Assembly (NCBI GenBank): GCA_963745835.1
Contig: CAVUZH010000016.1
Location: 320,001 to 384,000 of the forward strand
Origin: an uncultured delta proteobacterium
GTDB taxonomy: Bacteria; Desulfobacterota; Binatia; UBA9968
Length of the DNA stretch: 64,000 nucleotides
Direction of reading: 5' to 3'
In this document: positions 20,882 through 30,361 of the stretch, piece after piece
Numbering within the stretch: position 1 is the first letter of the stretch
Layout: every line of letters starts with the position of its first letter
Notes under the pieces: model-generated
What the model saw: the letters and a program-made list of their open reading frames with translations, nothing else
Told to the model about the DNA's origin: nothing
Databases searched by the model: none
Program-made: the position numbers and the translations under genes

Positions 20882-21913
20882 ATGTCCTCCGACCTAAGTG
20901 TCCAAACTTTTGTCACTGCTTGTCAATAAAATTCTGTACGCTACAACTAGACAACCGAATTTTCTGGGATCAACTGGATTATCTCTCATAGTGACGCTAT
21001 GGCATTTCTTGATGCCCTTTGTTCATTTAAGCCGTCGTGTTGCCATATCACCGATGCCGATGACACGAGACGGCATTACAAGCAGTTCACCATACTCTTT
21101 CGGATTCCATGGGATTCACGCCGTCTCTTCCAACATCACGGGTATCAGCGTCGCGCTCTTGTATGGACAGCACGAACCAACCGCCAAGCAGGAAGATAAA
21201 ACCGGTTAACGAAACCGAGCTCGACGATCAAAACCTTTCAATCTGAGCAAACACGGCAGGGCTTCAATCGCGGATTACCGGAGCCGACAACAGAACGGGA
21301 ACACAGGGCGGCAAATTCCTCCGGGGAGTATTGGCTGAAGTGTTGATGGTCTTATGGACGCGGCGCAGCTTATATCGGTAAGGAGTGTCGGGAGTCAGGA
21401 CACCTGACAGCGCTGGGACTGCAACTAATTAGCCTTAATTCATGCCACCGTCCCGATTGGTGACCGAAAGATTAAACTACCGCCAGTATACAGGCTGGGT
21501 ATTTACGGTACGCGACGGCGTTGCTCCGCTCTCATCTTCAACGTGAAGCTGTCGTCGATGAGTCGGCGACTATTTTCGACAGTATCGCGGTATTCTTGAA
21601 CGATGCGCCTGCTGTTTTGCAAGAGCTTTTCAGATAAAACTCTCGCCTCCATGAGTTCGGATTCATGCGCATGATTTATTGTTGGTTTAGAATCGCCATG
21701 TCTAAATCCTATATTGGGATTAGCAAGAACTCGACTGATTGGTCAAGATAACCGCCGCCTTAACGTCGGCTGGGTCGCCCCTGGTTTTTGTTGACGATCT
21801 AGAACGTGGATACCGTTTGCTATTCCATTCCAATAAGCCTAGCGTGATCATCTAAATCATATTTGAGCTTAACGGGGCGACAGGACCGCAAGCGCGAATA
21901 GGGAGGTCCTGCG

Positions 21914-22486
21914 ATGAATAATAAGAATGGACCCACCACTCCGCATATAAAGCCCCTTCCACCGGCTGACGCGTCTCCGGAAGCAAGAGATACTTACGAG
22001 GAATTTCGCTGCAGGATGGGCTTTCCCTCGCCTCCCAATTTCATCACGACGCAGGGGCACTCGCCCACGGTAGTTAAAGGGAGTTGGGATCTTGTCCGCA
22101 ACGTGCTCCTGACCGGCAAAATAGAGCGCTGGGTAAAGGAAATGCTTTTTGCGGCGATTTCAAAAGATCGTAATTGTCACTATTGCGCGGCGGCCCATAT
22201 CGCTTGTTGCCGAATGCTTGGTCTAGATCCCGAAATGCTGAATGCTTTAGTTCGGGACGTCAATTCGCTTAGCAATCCAAAGCTGCGCGATATGATTCTG
22301 TTTGGCCTCAAGTGTTCCAAAAACCCACAAGGGATATCTGAAGCCGATTACGAAAAGCTGCGCCACCACGGACTAAATCAGCCTGAAATATTGGAATTGA
22401 TCGCAATGTCCGGCTTGGCTGTGTATGCGAATATTATGGCCGACGCGACAGGCATGGAAGCGGATGCCATATTTGTCACTCGTTAG
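21914..22486 (+). CDS. AhpD/CMD-family peroxidase-related protein
   Basis: KEML..AIS..RNCHYCAAAH (CxxC..H), ILELI; GGGAGG SD. Confidence 0.85.
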   Translation: MNNKNGPTTPHIKPLPPADASPEARDTYEEFRCRMGFPSPPNFITTQGHSPTVVKGSWDLVRNVLLTGKIERWVKEMLFAAISKDRNCHYCAAAHIACCRMLGLDPEMLNALVRDVNSLSNPKLRDMILFGLKCSKNPQGISEADYEKLRHHGLNQPEILELIAMSGLAVYANIMADATGMEADAIFVTR

Positions 22487-22865
22487 TAACATGGCGTATC
22501 CTCTCGCCAACTATACCCGTGCGGACCAGCCCATAAGGAGACCGCTGCGCCAGTGGAGTGCCGGGCAAACCGTCTCTCTTTCAGCCTCGCAATACGTTCT
22601 TACCGCATCCGTTCCGGTGTAAATCCGAGTATGCGGAGAGCTGCATCCCAATCTCGCCCGTTTAGCCAAAGCCCTTCTACATAACGGGGCGAAGATAGAT
22701 GCCGCGACCTCAGGTGCGGCTAAACTCAGCGCCCGGCGAGATCGACGCCTCATCCCCTGGCGCACCCTGTACGGCGTTCGGAAAGCGCGTTCAAATACTT
22801 GTCGCAACACTATCCAGCATATTTTCCTGGAGGTAGGTTCGATAACGGGAGCCGAAGGAATCGTA

Positions 22866-23300
22866 ATGGAAATACTTACTCCGCAAAGCATCGGCGGCGA
22901 GAGTCGGGACCACAGCGGGACTACAAATCCGGCTCTCAAGGCGGCTGTTACCAACGGCGTGCTTAAGCTTATCAAGCGCGACATCAACAGCAGCGCGGAT
23001 GCCCGACGTTGGCGCGACATCGTTCTCAACCTTAAGCAGCGTGTTGGCTAAGAGAAGTTCAAGCGCGAGTCGATGCGCGTGAAAATCGTCGCTATCGCTA
23101 ATCTAACGCTCTCACTCGAAAGGGAGACGGAAGGTGGTATCGAAGACACGCACGGTAAGCTCCTACGAAAAGCTGATTATGATCGAAACGTCCACCCGCA
23201 CACACTGCTATATAGGGAAGGAAACGTTGAACGAACGATACACATCATCGGCCAGATCTCGTCACTGTTGAAGTCGATCGGCATCAACGATGAAAAATAG
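22866..23300 (+). pseudogene. Hypothetical gene interrupted by an in-frame TAA (23049-23051)
   Basis: ORFs 22866-23051 and 23073-23300 are in the same frame, separated only by one TAA and 7 sense codons. Confidence 0.4.
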
Positions 23301-23471
23301 CTGGACGCTGCTGGACAATTTCGCGTGCTATGTCGACGCATTCAAAAAAGAGTGCCCCTATGATCAACCCACGAAAAACGTGCAGAGTTTGCAACCATCG
23401 CAGCCGCAGAGGTGGGGCTCAGTTTCTAATTTGTGATTAAATTATTTCTCCTTCAAAAGGAGTTCTGCAGC

Positions 23472-23600
23472 GGCTTGAACTGAAGCGTCGTATAGTTCAA
23501 TGCTGGATGTATTCAGCACACGTGCCCCCGCTGTAATGGTTACGTTGCCATCGTCTTGCGAGAGCCAGAGCGCACTGCCTTTACAGGCGGTCAATGGGTG
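23472..23600 (+). pseudogene. Remnant of a small CxxC protein gene
   Basis: Reads RLELKRRIVQ / IQHTCPRCNGYVAIVLREPER / LQAVNG across frameshifts. Confidence 0.4.
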
Positions 23601-23663
23601 CATTTACACTTTGCGGAGCAACGTTATTGACTTAAAGTTTTTGAATTGTTAGGTCATACCCCT

Positions 23664-23981
23664 GTGAAGCGGTCGATCCTGTCTACTTTGTTGCTTTTCT
23701 TTGTCGCGCTGGGTCTCACCGGTACGCAAGTATTCGCGATCGTGATCACGGCGGCACACGCGGCCGAGCAGGAAGCTGCTGAGGAACGAGAAGAACAGGT
23801 TTCCAGGAAGTCCTCCCGGCGACCTCAGACTCGTGGTAAAAAACTTCAGCCGCCTTCCGTCAATCCCTCGATATTTTTCGGCTTAACATCGAACGCACGG
23901 ACCGATCTGCGTTTGCGCTTTTTTCTTCAGTCGAACCTCCCCCCGGGTAATCTCCGCCTTCTTCAGGTCTATCGCGTTTAA
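23664..23981 (+). CDS. Small exported or membrane-anchored leader protein upstream of terC
   Basis: GTG start; KRS plus hydrophobic stretch (signal-like), charged linker, C-terminus ...LRLLQVYRV-stop. Confidence 0.65.
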   Translation: MKRSILSTLLLFFVALGLTGTQVFAIVITAAHAAEQEAAEEREEQVSRKSSRRPQTRGKKLQPPSVNPSIFFGLTSNARTDLRLRFFLQSNLPPGNLRLLQVYRV

Positions 23982-23982
23982 G

Positions 23983-24057
23983 ATTTCCGTTCTCGTAATG
24001 TTTTTGCTCGCGTGACGTGTGCGCGGTGGTTTCGCTTGCAAATAGGAGAATGGAAAT
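23983..24057 (+). promoter_or_regulatory. SD-sequestering RNA hairpin between the leader and terC
   Basis: ATTTCCGTTCTC (23983-23994) pairs with GAGAATGGAAAT (24046-24057), 12 bp with one G-U pair; inner TTTGC/GCAAA; covers the AGGAG SD. Confidence 0.65.
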
Positions 24058-24059
24058 TT

Positions 24060-25211
24060 ATGGAATCAGAACGCTTATTTCTTTGGATTGCTTTTAACGT
24101 TTTTGTCTTGGGGATGCTCGCCCTCGATCTCGGGGTCTTTCACCGCAAGGCTCACACAGTCTCAATTAAGGAAGCCTCCATCTGGAGCGTGGTATGGATC
24201 ACGCTGGCGATGGCGTTCAATCTCGGCATCTACTTCGCTTGGGGGCAGGAAACGGCGCTTGAATTTTTGACCGGCTACGTGATCGAGAAGTCACTCAGCG
24301 TCGACAACTTGTTCGTTTTCCTAATGGTTTTCCAATATTTCAATACTCCGAGCGAGTACCAGCACCGCGTACTTTTTTGGGGCATTCTCGGGGCCTTGAT
24401 TCTGCGCGCCATTTTCATAGCCACAGGCTCCGCCCTGCTAGCCAACTTTCATTGGATGGGTTACGTCTTCGGCGCGTTCTTGGTCATCACCGGGATCAAG
24501 ATGTATCTTCAGGGGGGCGAGAAGATCGAGCCCGAGAAAAATCCTGTGGTTAGGCTTTTCGAGCGCTGGGTACCGATAAGCAGAAGTTATGATGGTCAGA
24601 AATTTTTTGTCCGGCGCGACGGCAAGACTCACGCAACGCTCTTAATGCTCGTGCTCCTCGTCGTTGAAACCACCGACGTGATTTTCGCGGTCGACTCGAT
24701 TCCGGCCATTTTTGCGATCACTCAGGATCCGTTTATTGTTTACACGTCGAACGTTTTTGCGATTCTCGGGCTGCGCGCGCTGTATTTCATGCTTGCGGGA
24801 GTCATGGAAATGTTCACCTATCTCAAAGTCGGGCTATCGGCGGTGCTGTGCTTTGTCGGCGCCAAGATGATGCTCGTCGACATCTATAAAATTCCGATCG
24901 GCGCTTCACTCTCGGTCATCGGCGGCGTGTTGCTCTTGTCGATTCTCGCGTCGTGGGCGTTTCAGCCCAAAAAGGCCGGCGTGCAATCGCACAAGCCCGA
25001 CGGCGCTCCGCGCTCGAGCCCATCACGCACGAGCGGTTCCGTCAACCCGGCAGTGATCGGTTGGATAGCATTGTTTTTAGTCACGGCGTATTTGATTCTG
25101 GCGACCATGGGACTCCATCGCCGGTGGTTGGACGAAAGAAGAATCGATCATCGTAACGGATTGGTCGAGAGTAACCCCGCGGACGCGAAATGGCCGCATG
25201 GAAGGAATTAG
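24060..25211 (+). CDS. TerC/Alx family membrane protein
   Basis: EKSLSVDNLFVF, QHRVLFWG, ETTDVIFAVDSIPA, TSNVFAILGLRALYF. Confidence 0.93.
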   Translation: MESERLFLWIAFNVFVLGMLALDLGVFHRKAHTVSIKEASIWSVVWITLAMAFNLGIYFAWGQETALEFLTGYVIEKSLSVDNLFVFLMVFQYFNTPSEYQHRVLFWGILGALILRAIFIATGSALLANFHWMGYVFGAFLVITGIKMYLQGGEKIEPEKNPVVRLFERWVPISRSYDGQKFFVRRDGKTHATLLMLVLLVVETTDVIFAVDSIPAIFAITQDPFIVYTSNVFAILGLRALYFMLAGVMEMFTYLKVGLSAVLCFVGAKMMLVDIYKIPIGASLSVIGGVLLLSILASWAFQPKKAGVQSHKPDGAPRSSPSRTSGSVNPAVIGWIALFLVTAYLILATMGLHRRWLDERRIDHRNGLVESNPADAKWPHGRN

Positions 25212-25542
25212 AAGCGATTACGATCGGCACAGATCCGAGTCTCGCTCAGGCGTGAGCGCAGTTTGCGTTATTCGAAGGCGGACTTTGCCCAGCTTCTGTT
25301 TCTTGCCGATGCTGCCCCGAGTCCGAAGACCTGTGCAGGTCCTGTGTCGTATATGACGGCAGAGCCATATCACACTGCCGCCATTAATCCTGATGAACGC
25401 GCTCTGTCGGCCTTTTATCCGTACAGCAGAAACAACAAGCCCCAAGAACTCCCATACGTGGCAGCGCTCAGGGCTTGGTTTTGTTGGCCTTTGACGGTGC
25501 GTTTAGACTCTAGTGTACTGTAACAGCAGATTAACGTCCGTG

Positions 25543-25571
25543 GTTCATGCTTCGAGGACCTCAACACGAAC
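25543..25571. repeat. REP-like short imperfect palindrome
   Basis: GTTCATGCTTCGAGGACCTCAACACGAAC: GTTC(A)TG...CACGAAC arms; single copy in this window. Confidence 0.35.
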
Positions 25572-25789
25572 GACTTGTGCCATCTTTCGAGGCTTCCAGC
25601 ATGATCTGAGGCCAACCCCAGGAACCCCAAACGTTTCCCGGAGGGGAAATACATAGAGAGTTTAAGGCCGGGCGCTCTGGCGCTTTTTGATCGCGAGGGT
25701 GCGCCGGCTTTTTTAGTGCACAGATTGGGTAATGGAGAGTCACTGGAGCCGACACGGAAAAGTTTGGTTCATACAAAGTGGGAGAGCGT

Positions 25790-26070
25790 ATGGCAACCGA
25801 ACAAAAGCCACGAACAGCTGAGATCAATGCGCGGCTATGGGGCGCACGCGCTACTGATTGGGCGGAAATTCAGGAAGGAACGTGCCGACCGGTGTATCTC
25901 GCCATATTCGAGCGGGCGCGGCTCAAGCCCGGAATGGCCTACCTTGACGAGGTGATGAGGTCTTCGGTCTCGATGCGGCTCCCAATCTTGTGAAGATCGC
26001 ACGCGCCCGTGTCCCGGGGGGCGAGTTTCATCTTGGAGATCTGGAGAGCCTCCCTTTCCGGACATTAGGA
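25790..26070 (+). pseudogene. Truncated class I SAM methyltransferase
   Basis: MATEQKP..LWGARATDWAEIQE...PGMAYLD, GxGxG motif lost, then KIARARVPGGEFHLGDLESLPF in another frame; ends at the attC-like site. Confidence 0.7.
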
Positions 26071-26077
26071 CGGGTTC

Positions 26078-26163
26078 GTCTAACGAGATGCCGCTGAGCC
26101 GCTAACGCAAAATAGATCATTTCATCACCTTGTGTCGCTCTCGACTCAAGCGGCGGGTTATGC
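26078..26163 (-). mobile_element. Integron attC-like site
   Basis: Minus strand: GCATAAC-CCGCCGCTTGAG...GCTCAGCGGCATCTC-GTTAGAC (RYYYAAC-like ... GTTRRRY), 10 bp after the stop of 26174-26641. Confidence 0.75.
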
Positions 26164-26173
26164 CTCTTGGGTG

Positions 26174-26641
26174 CTACCCCTTCTCTGGCATAGCCGAGGA
26201 ATGGTGGCTGGTGATGAGCCACTCTGAACCGTTCCAGCGATAGGTGTAGGTGTAGCGTCCGCTCACCTTTGCCCCCGTCTTAGCAAACGTGAATGTGTAA
26301 AGACCAGCATCAACCGCCGTGTTGCAACCGAGCTCGATGGTGCGCAAGTCGATCCTGCCAGAGGGGCGGTTCTCTAAGAAGTGATGGAAGTAATCCTCCT
26401 TCTCGGCTGGAGTGAGACGCGGCTTGTTTGAAACAGTGGGCAACAGGATAGATCGCTCTGCGTAGTTGGCGACTACTTTGTGCGGATCACCAGTTTGTAA
26501 CGACTGATTCCAGCGATCGAATAGCGAGGCGATTTCCTGTTCTGTAGTTGCCTTACAGGACTGCACGCGCGCACCTTGCGTACTGGCACAGCCGACAAGA
26601 GTTCCGGCAATCACAAACAAACTTAAAAAATTTAATTTCAT
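26174..26641 (-). CDS. SgcJ/EcaC-type NTF2-like lipoprotein (CaMKII association-domain-like)
   Basis: Lipobox LVGC; IASLFDRWNQSL.TGDP, LLPTVSN, DAGLYTF, HHSSAMPE. Confidence 0.88.
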   Translation of the reverse strand: MKLNFLSLFVIAGTLVGCASTQGARVQSCKATTEQEIASLFDRWNQSLQTGDPHKVVANYAERSILLPTVSNKPRLTPAEKEDYFHHFLENRPSGRIDLRTIELGCNTAVDAGLYTFTFAKTGAKVSGRYTYTYRWNGSEWLITSHHSSAMPEKG

Positions 26642-26901
26642 TTACGCGTTCCTTTCAGCGTGGGTAGCAGAGCCTTGAGGCGTCACCAATAGAATCTGGT
26701 TCCGTATAGAACTTCCTAGTTTCCGTATAGCACGGGTGAATCAACGCCAATGTTGCTCGCTTTTACATCTAGAACAGGTCTTTGTAAAGCCCGGTAAAGC
26801 TCCGCGGCCGAGACGTTGGAAGCACCGTTTGCCGGAGCGTGCAGCGCATTAGTGCTTTGTGTCTTGAGAGAACCCGGGTTTTCTCTTCAATGACACACTC
26901 A

Positions 26902-27030
26902 CTACTGCGCGGCGGGATTTCCCGGCGGGGCCACAGTGACTCCGCGCGGGCCAGCACGGTCGATGGCCTTCTGCACCGACCCCGAAGCTTTGGCATCCTC
27001 GACAAACCCATTAACCCTCGCGAGTTCACA
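26902..27030 (-). pseudogene. C-terminal remnant of a family-3 substrate-binding protein
   Basis: LARVNGFVEDAKASGSVQKAIDRAGPRGVTVAP resembles the C-terminus of the 27574-28319 product (LAYISEFIEEAKASGLVQRAINDSGWRGVRVA). Confidence 0.65.
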
Positions 27031-27116
27031 GACCAAGTGACCGGCAGTTGAATAGGTTCGATCTAGTCGGGCCACGTCTGCGGCGTTAAAGTTCGCCAAT
27101 TGCTCACCTCGGGATT

Positions 27117-27539
27117 TTAGCCAGCCACTGGTGAAAACGGCAGCGCGGCTTCCATTGTGCGGAACGGGACCGACATGTAATCGAACTCTGAGCACGTGGC
27201 TTGAACGAGTAGGAACAATGTCTCATCGGTTTTGCTCGGATTCGATAGCTCATGCCGCACACCGGGCGGCACTCGACAGAACGCGCCAGGTTTGAGAACG
27301 AACACGCCGTTCCCGCATTCGCCCTCGTACCGAATTTCAAGAACTCCCTTCAGGCCGATAAAAAGATCGTAAACTTGAGCATGCTCGTGCGTTGGAACAC
27401 CGCTGCCGGGCTGTACTCGGTACAGTGCCGTCTGCACCGGCGCATCGTCATGCAAGGTACCTTTCTCGCAACCCGGCCTACGTTCCTTGAGAGCGATAGC
27501 TGTAATGTCTTTAACCGTGATGACGGATTTTTGGTCCAT
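27117..27539 (-). CDS. Cupin domain protein
   Basis: PTHEHAQVYDLF...G, PGAFCRVPPGVRH. Confidence 0.85.
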   Translation of the reverse strand: MDQKSVITVKDITAIALKERRPGCEKGTLHDDAPVQTALYRVQPGSGVPTHEHAQVYDLFIGLKGVLEIRYEGECGNGVFVLKPGAFCRVPPGVRHELSNPSKTDETLFLLVQATCSEFDYMSVPFRTMEAALPFSPVAG

Positions 27540-27573
27540 GGGAGTGTCCTTTCGGATCATTGTCAGTAACTCT

Positions 27574-28319
27574 CTACGCTCCCTTCCCTTTCGCTGCCAC
27601 GCGGACGCCTCGCCAGCCAGAATCGTTGATTGCGCGCTGCACTAACCCCGAGGCCTTGGCCTCTTCGATGAACTCGCTGATATAGGCAAGCCTTCCGGAC
27701 TGCCCCTGCGGGACCGCCATCGCTGTAAAGTTCGCTCCAAAACAGTCATCCAGCACCCGCGAACCGGACAATCTGGCGGAGAACTCTAGAAGCGCGGGAC
27801 GGGTGGATGCCCACGCGTCCGCGTCTCCACTACGCAGCAGGTCAAAAGCAAGGTCCGGCGTCTCCGCGCTAATTAGTTCGGCATGTTTCCGTACGCGGTT
27901 CAGACACAACGTCGAGGCGTGGTTGCGCACAACGGCGATACGGGTACTCGGGCAGTCGGCATCGGCGGCACTTTGAATTGAGGAGTCGACCGTCACCAAA
28001 TAGGTAAAATCAAATTGAAGGACCGCGGGTGAGAAATCCATCTCCGAGATCCGAGATTCATCCATCGCCCCAAACCCCATATATCGCATGCGCCGGCTTT
28101 GAGGCCTTCCATCGCCCTAGGAGGAGTTTGATATTCGATCGGCATGAACTCAACCCCGATCCGCGCCGCTAGCGCGCGAGCGAGTTCGATCGTCCACCCG
28201 CGCAACTCGCCGGTTGCCAGATCCTTCGCATATTGCGGTGGATAGAGCGCGACCCGGATTTTGCCGGCTCGCCTGAGATCCGCGATTCGTGGGTCGGGCA
28301 CCTGTTGGATATCGATCAC
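27574..28319 (-). pseudogene. Family-3 (amino-acid type) substrate-binding-fold protein, frameshifted
   Basis: N-half (DPRIADL..AGKIRVAL) and C-half (DFSPA..FDFTYLV) are joined if one AT of TGCGATATATGGGG (~28080) is removed. Confidence 0.8.
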
Positions 28320-28358
28320 AACACCCTCGTTTTCGCGTTCATACACATTCCTGCTAGC

Positions 28359-28417
28359 GTTCAACGTTACGCTAAGCCGGCCCTCTTGGCGGTCGGTCTG
28401 AAGCGGCCCAGTTAGAC
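28359..28417 (-). mobile_element. Integron attC-like site
   Basis: Minus strand: GTCTAAC-TGGGCCGCTTCAGACCGACCGCC-AAGA-GGGCCGGCTTAGCGTAAC-GTTGAAC, 59 bp. Confidence 0.75.
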
Positions 28418-28453
28418 ACTCCGTTTTGCAAAACACTAGCCCGTGGAAAAATT

Positions 28454-29248
28454 CTATCCTGCCGGTACTACCCCGCGCACTGCCCAAGCCTTTGCACGAA
28501 GTTTAATCGATCCGTCAGGGCCGTTATCAAGAATGTCTGTGCGTAGTCGCTCCTTCAATACCTGTCGGCGATCCTCGGAGAGACTACTGATATAAGGTTT
28601 AGGCGGTCCCTGGCTATTTGACAGGAGGCTCCAGAAATCGTCAAAGGAACTAAACTCCATAGGAATAACCAGCGCCCTTGTTTCAACATTCGCAAAACCA
28701 GTGGCGATCCACAGCTCTGAAAGCGCGCTTGCTGATCCATAACGCCTATTCCCAGGTCGTTTAGCTCCCGGGTCAACAGCAACGGCCGCATCCCAGAATC
28801 TTTCCGATAACTCCATGCCTCCACTGTTGTCCCATACACAAGTTGCAACACTTCCGCCCTTTTTTGTGACGCGCCTCATTTCTCTTGCTGCCGCGTGTGC
28901 ATCCGAGACAAACTGGATCATCAATGATGATACGCAGCAGTCGAAAGAGCCATTGTCATAGGGAAGTTTCTGAGCTTCCCCGATTTCAAAAGCAACATGC
29001 GGATGTGAATTCTGTGCACGAGCATATTCTACGTAGCCAACTGAAGGGTCAATGCCGACAACCGTTGAAGCTTTTGTTGTATCAGCGATGGTGAATGTAA
29101 GTGAACCCGTACCACAGCCTACATCCAATACCCGATCCCCTTCTTTGATACCGTCTATAAATTCGATGAATAGAGGAGCAAGGGTTTTAGTCCAGCTTCC
29201 CATTCCGGCCTGATACTTATCAGCATCCGTGTGCAGGTTGGGTTCCAT
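28454..29248 (-). CDS. Class I SAM methyltransferase (cassette gene)
   Basis: VLDVGCGTG, GIDPS, EMRRVT..GG; AGGAGG SD; flanked by attC-like sites. Confidence 0.9.
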   Translation of the reverse strand: MEPNLHTDADKYQAGMGSWTKTLAPLFIEFIDGIKEGDRVLDVGCGTGSLTFTIADTTKASTVVGIDPSVGYVEYARAQNSHPHVAFEIGEAQKLPYDNGSFDCCVSSLMIQFVSDAHAAAREMRRVTKKGGSVATCVWDNSGGMELSERFWDAAVAVDPGAKRPGNRRYGSASALSELWIATGFANVETRALVIPMEFSSFDDFWSLLSNSQGPPKPYISSLSEDRRQVLKERLRTDILDNGPDGSIKLRAKAWAVRGVVPAG

Positions 29249-29281
29249 AGTCGCCTCCTAACCGTGTTGACTAGGACTGAG

Positions 29282-29337
29282 ATCTACGTGAAGGCTGAGC
29301 CGCGCTCTGCGCGACGGCCTCAAGCCGACTGTTAGGG
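29282..29337 (-). mobile_element. Integron attC-like site (R' box degenerate)
   Basis: Minus strand: CCCTAAC-AGTCGGCTTGAGGCCGTCGCGC-AGA-GCGCGGCTCAGCCTTCAC-GT(-)AGAT. Confidence 0.7.
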
Positions 29338-29420
29338 GCTACACCGCGATTGTGAAAGAAGCGCGTCACAATCCCAATGTGAACCAGACGACGTCGTCGC
29401 CTTCGATGCCTCCCGCTATC

Positions 29421-30353
29421 TCACAGCCGCCAAAGGTCGCGGAATTGGACAGCCACCATCTGCTCGTAGGCTACCGGTTCAGCGAGCAAGCCGACCGATT
29501 GAGTGAAACGGTTTAGCCCATTTACGGCTTCCTCAGATATGGCAGCATCGTAGAACGGCAAGTCCCGTTCAATAATTGTGGCGATCAGTTCTGCAGCATC
29601 CGGGGGAAAACGCCGCTTTCCCACTTCAGCAGCTCGTGTTGGATCCGCCCGAAGTGCTTTGTGGGTTTTGACAATAGCCCGCACAGTAGCCGCGATTCGT
29701 TCCGGGTCTCGACTGATTAAAGAATCAGTGGTCACAAGGCCAGTGAAGGTGAAATTCCGAGCGGCAGGGGGACCATCGCCGCGGCGCACATCTAACAAAA
29801 CTTTTCCCACGCCACGCCGTATTGCGATCTGTGTTGCCATGGCATTAGCCCAGAAGGCATCAATTTGGCCTGCCTCAAGTGCTTTGGCTGCAGCCACTCC
29901 AAAGGAGGCACCAGGGTCCCCGGCGCCCGGAACGGGCACGATCTGCACTTTGTCACGTTCAATGTCGAGTCCGGCCGCTATTAACAACTGCTTGAGCGCC
30001 GCATCTGGTCCCTGATCTCCACCAATCCGCAACCCCTTCAAGACATTCATGTCTCCGCGCTCTGCGCGGAGGTCGGAACGCACCACTAAAAGCCAGGGAA
30101 TCCCTTGAGAGAGTGCAGCAATAAGCTTGACCCCTTTCCAGCGTGGAAAGGATCTCAGGACAGTATGGACAGCGCCACTTACATAGGCATCTGTGGCGCC
30201 TTCACGTAACGCGGAAACTGCTTTAGCCGTAGGGGTAATCAATTTGATCTCCGCATCGAGACCCTCGGCCTTGAAAAATCCTAACTCCTCTGCAGCGAGT
30301 ACGGGAAAGCATGTGTTGGTCACGAAGTCGAGGACTGCAATTCGCATTTGCAT
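29421..30353 (-). CDS. NMT1/SsuA-like substrate-binding-fold protein lacking a signal peptide (cassette gene)
   Basis: FPVLAAEELGFFKAEGLD, LKGLRIG, GQIDAFWAN; starts 9 bp after the attC R' box, which overlaps the GGAGG SD. Confidence 0.85.
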   Translation of the reverse strand: MQMRIAVLDFVTNTCFPVLAAEELGFFKAEGLDAEIKLITPTAKAVSALREGATDAYVSGAVHTVLRSFPRWKGVKLIAALSQGIPWLLVVRSDLRAERGDMNVLKGLRIGGDQGPDAALKQLLIAAGLDIERDKVQIVPVPGAGDPGASFGVAAAKALEAGQIDAFWANAMATQIAIRRGVGKVLLDVRRGDGPPAARNFTFTGLVTTDSLISRDPERIAATVRAIVKTHKALRADPTRAAEVGKRRFPPDAAELIATIIERDLPFYDAAISEEAVNGLNRFTQSVGLLAEPVAYEQMVAVQFRDLWRL

Positions 30354-30361
30354 CGCATCCT

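Noticed and set aside
21301-21430. Possible c-di-GMP-I riboswitch (ACACAGGGCGGCAAA...)
   Set aside because: The conserved GNRA hairpin and GACGCAAAG-type segment are not recognisable.
22511-23029. 172 aa minus-strand ORF
   Set aside because: Arg/Ser-rich, no SD or motif, and overlaps a more plausible plus-strand remnant.
23600-24060. yybP-ykoY Mn riboswitch expected upstream of terC/alx
   Set aside because: No recognisable conserved motif by eye; the space is occupied by the leader ORF and hairpin. An Rfam scan would be decisive.
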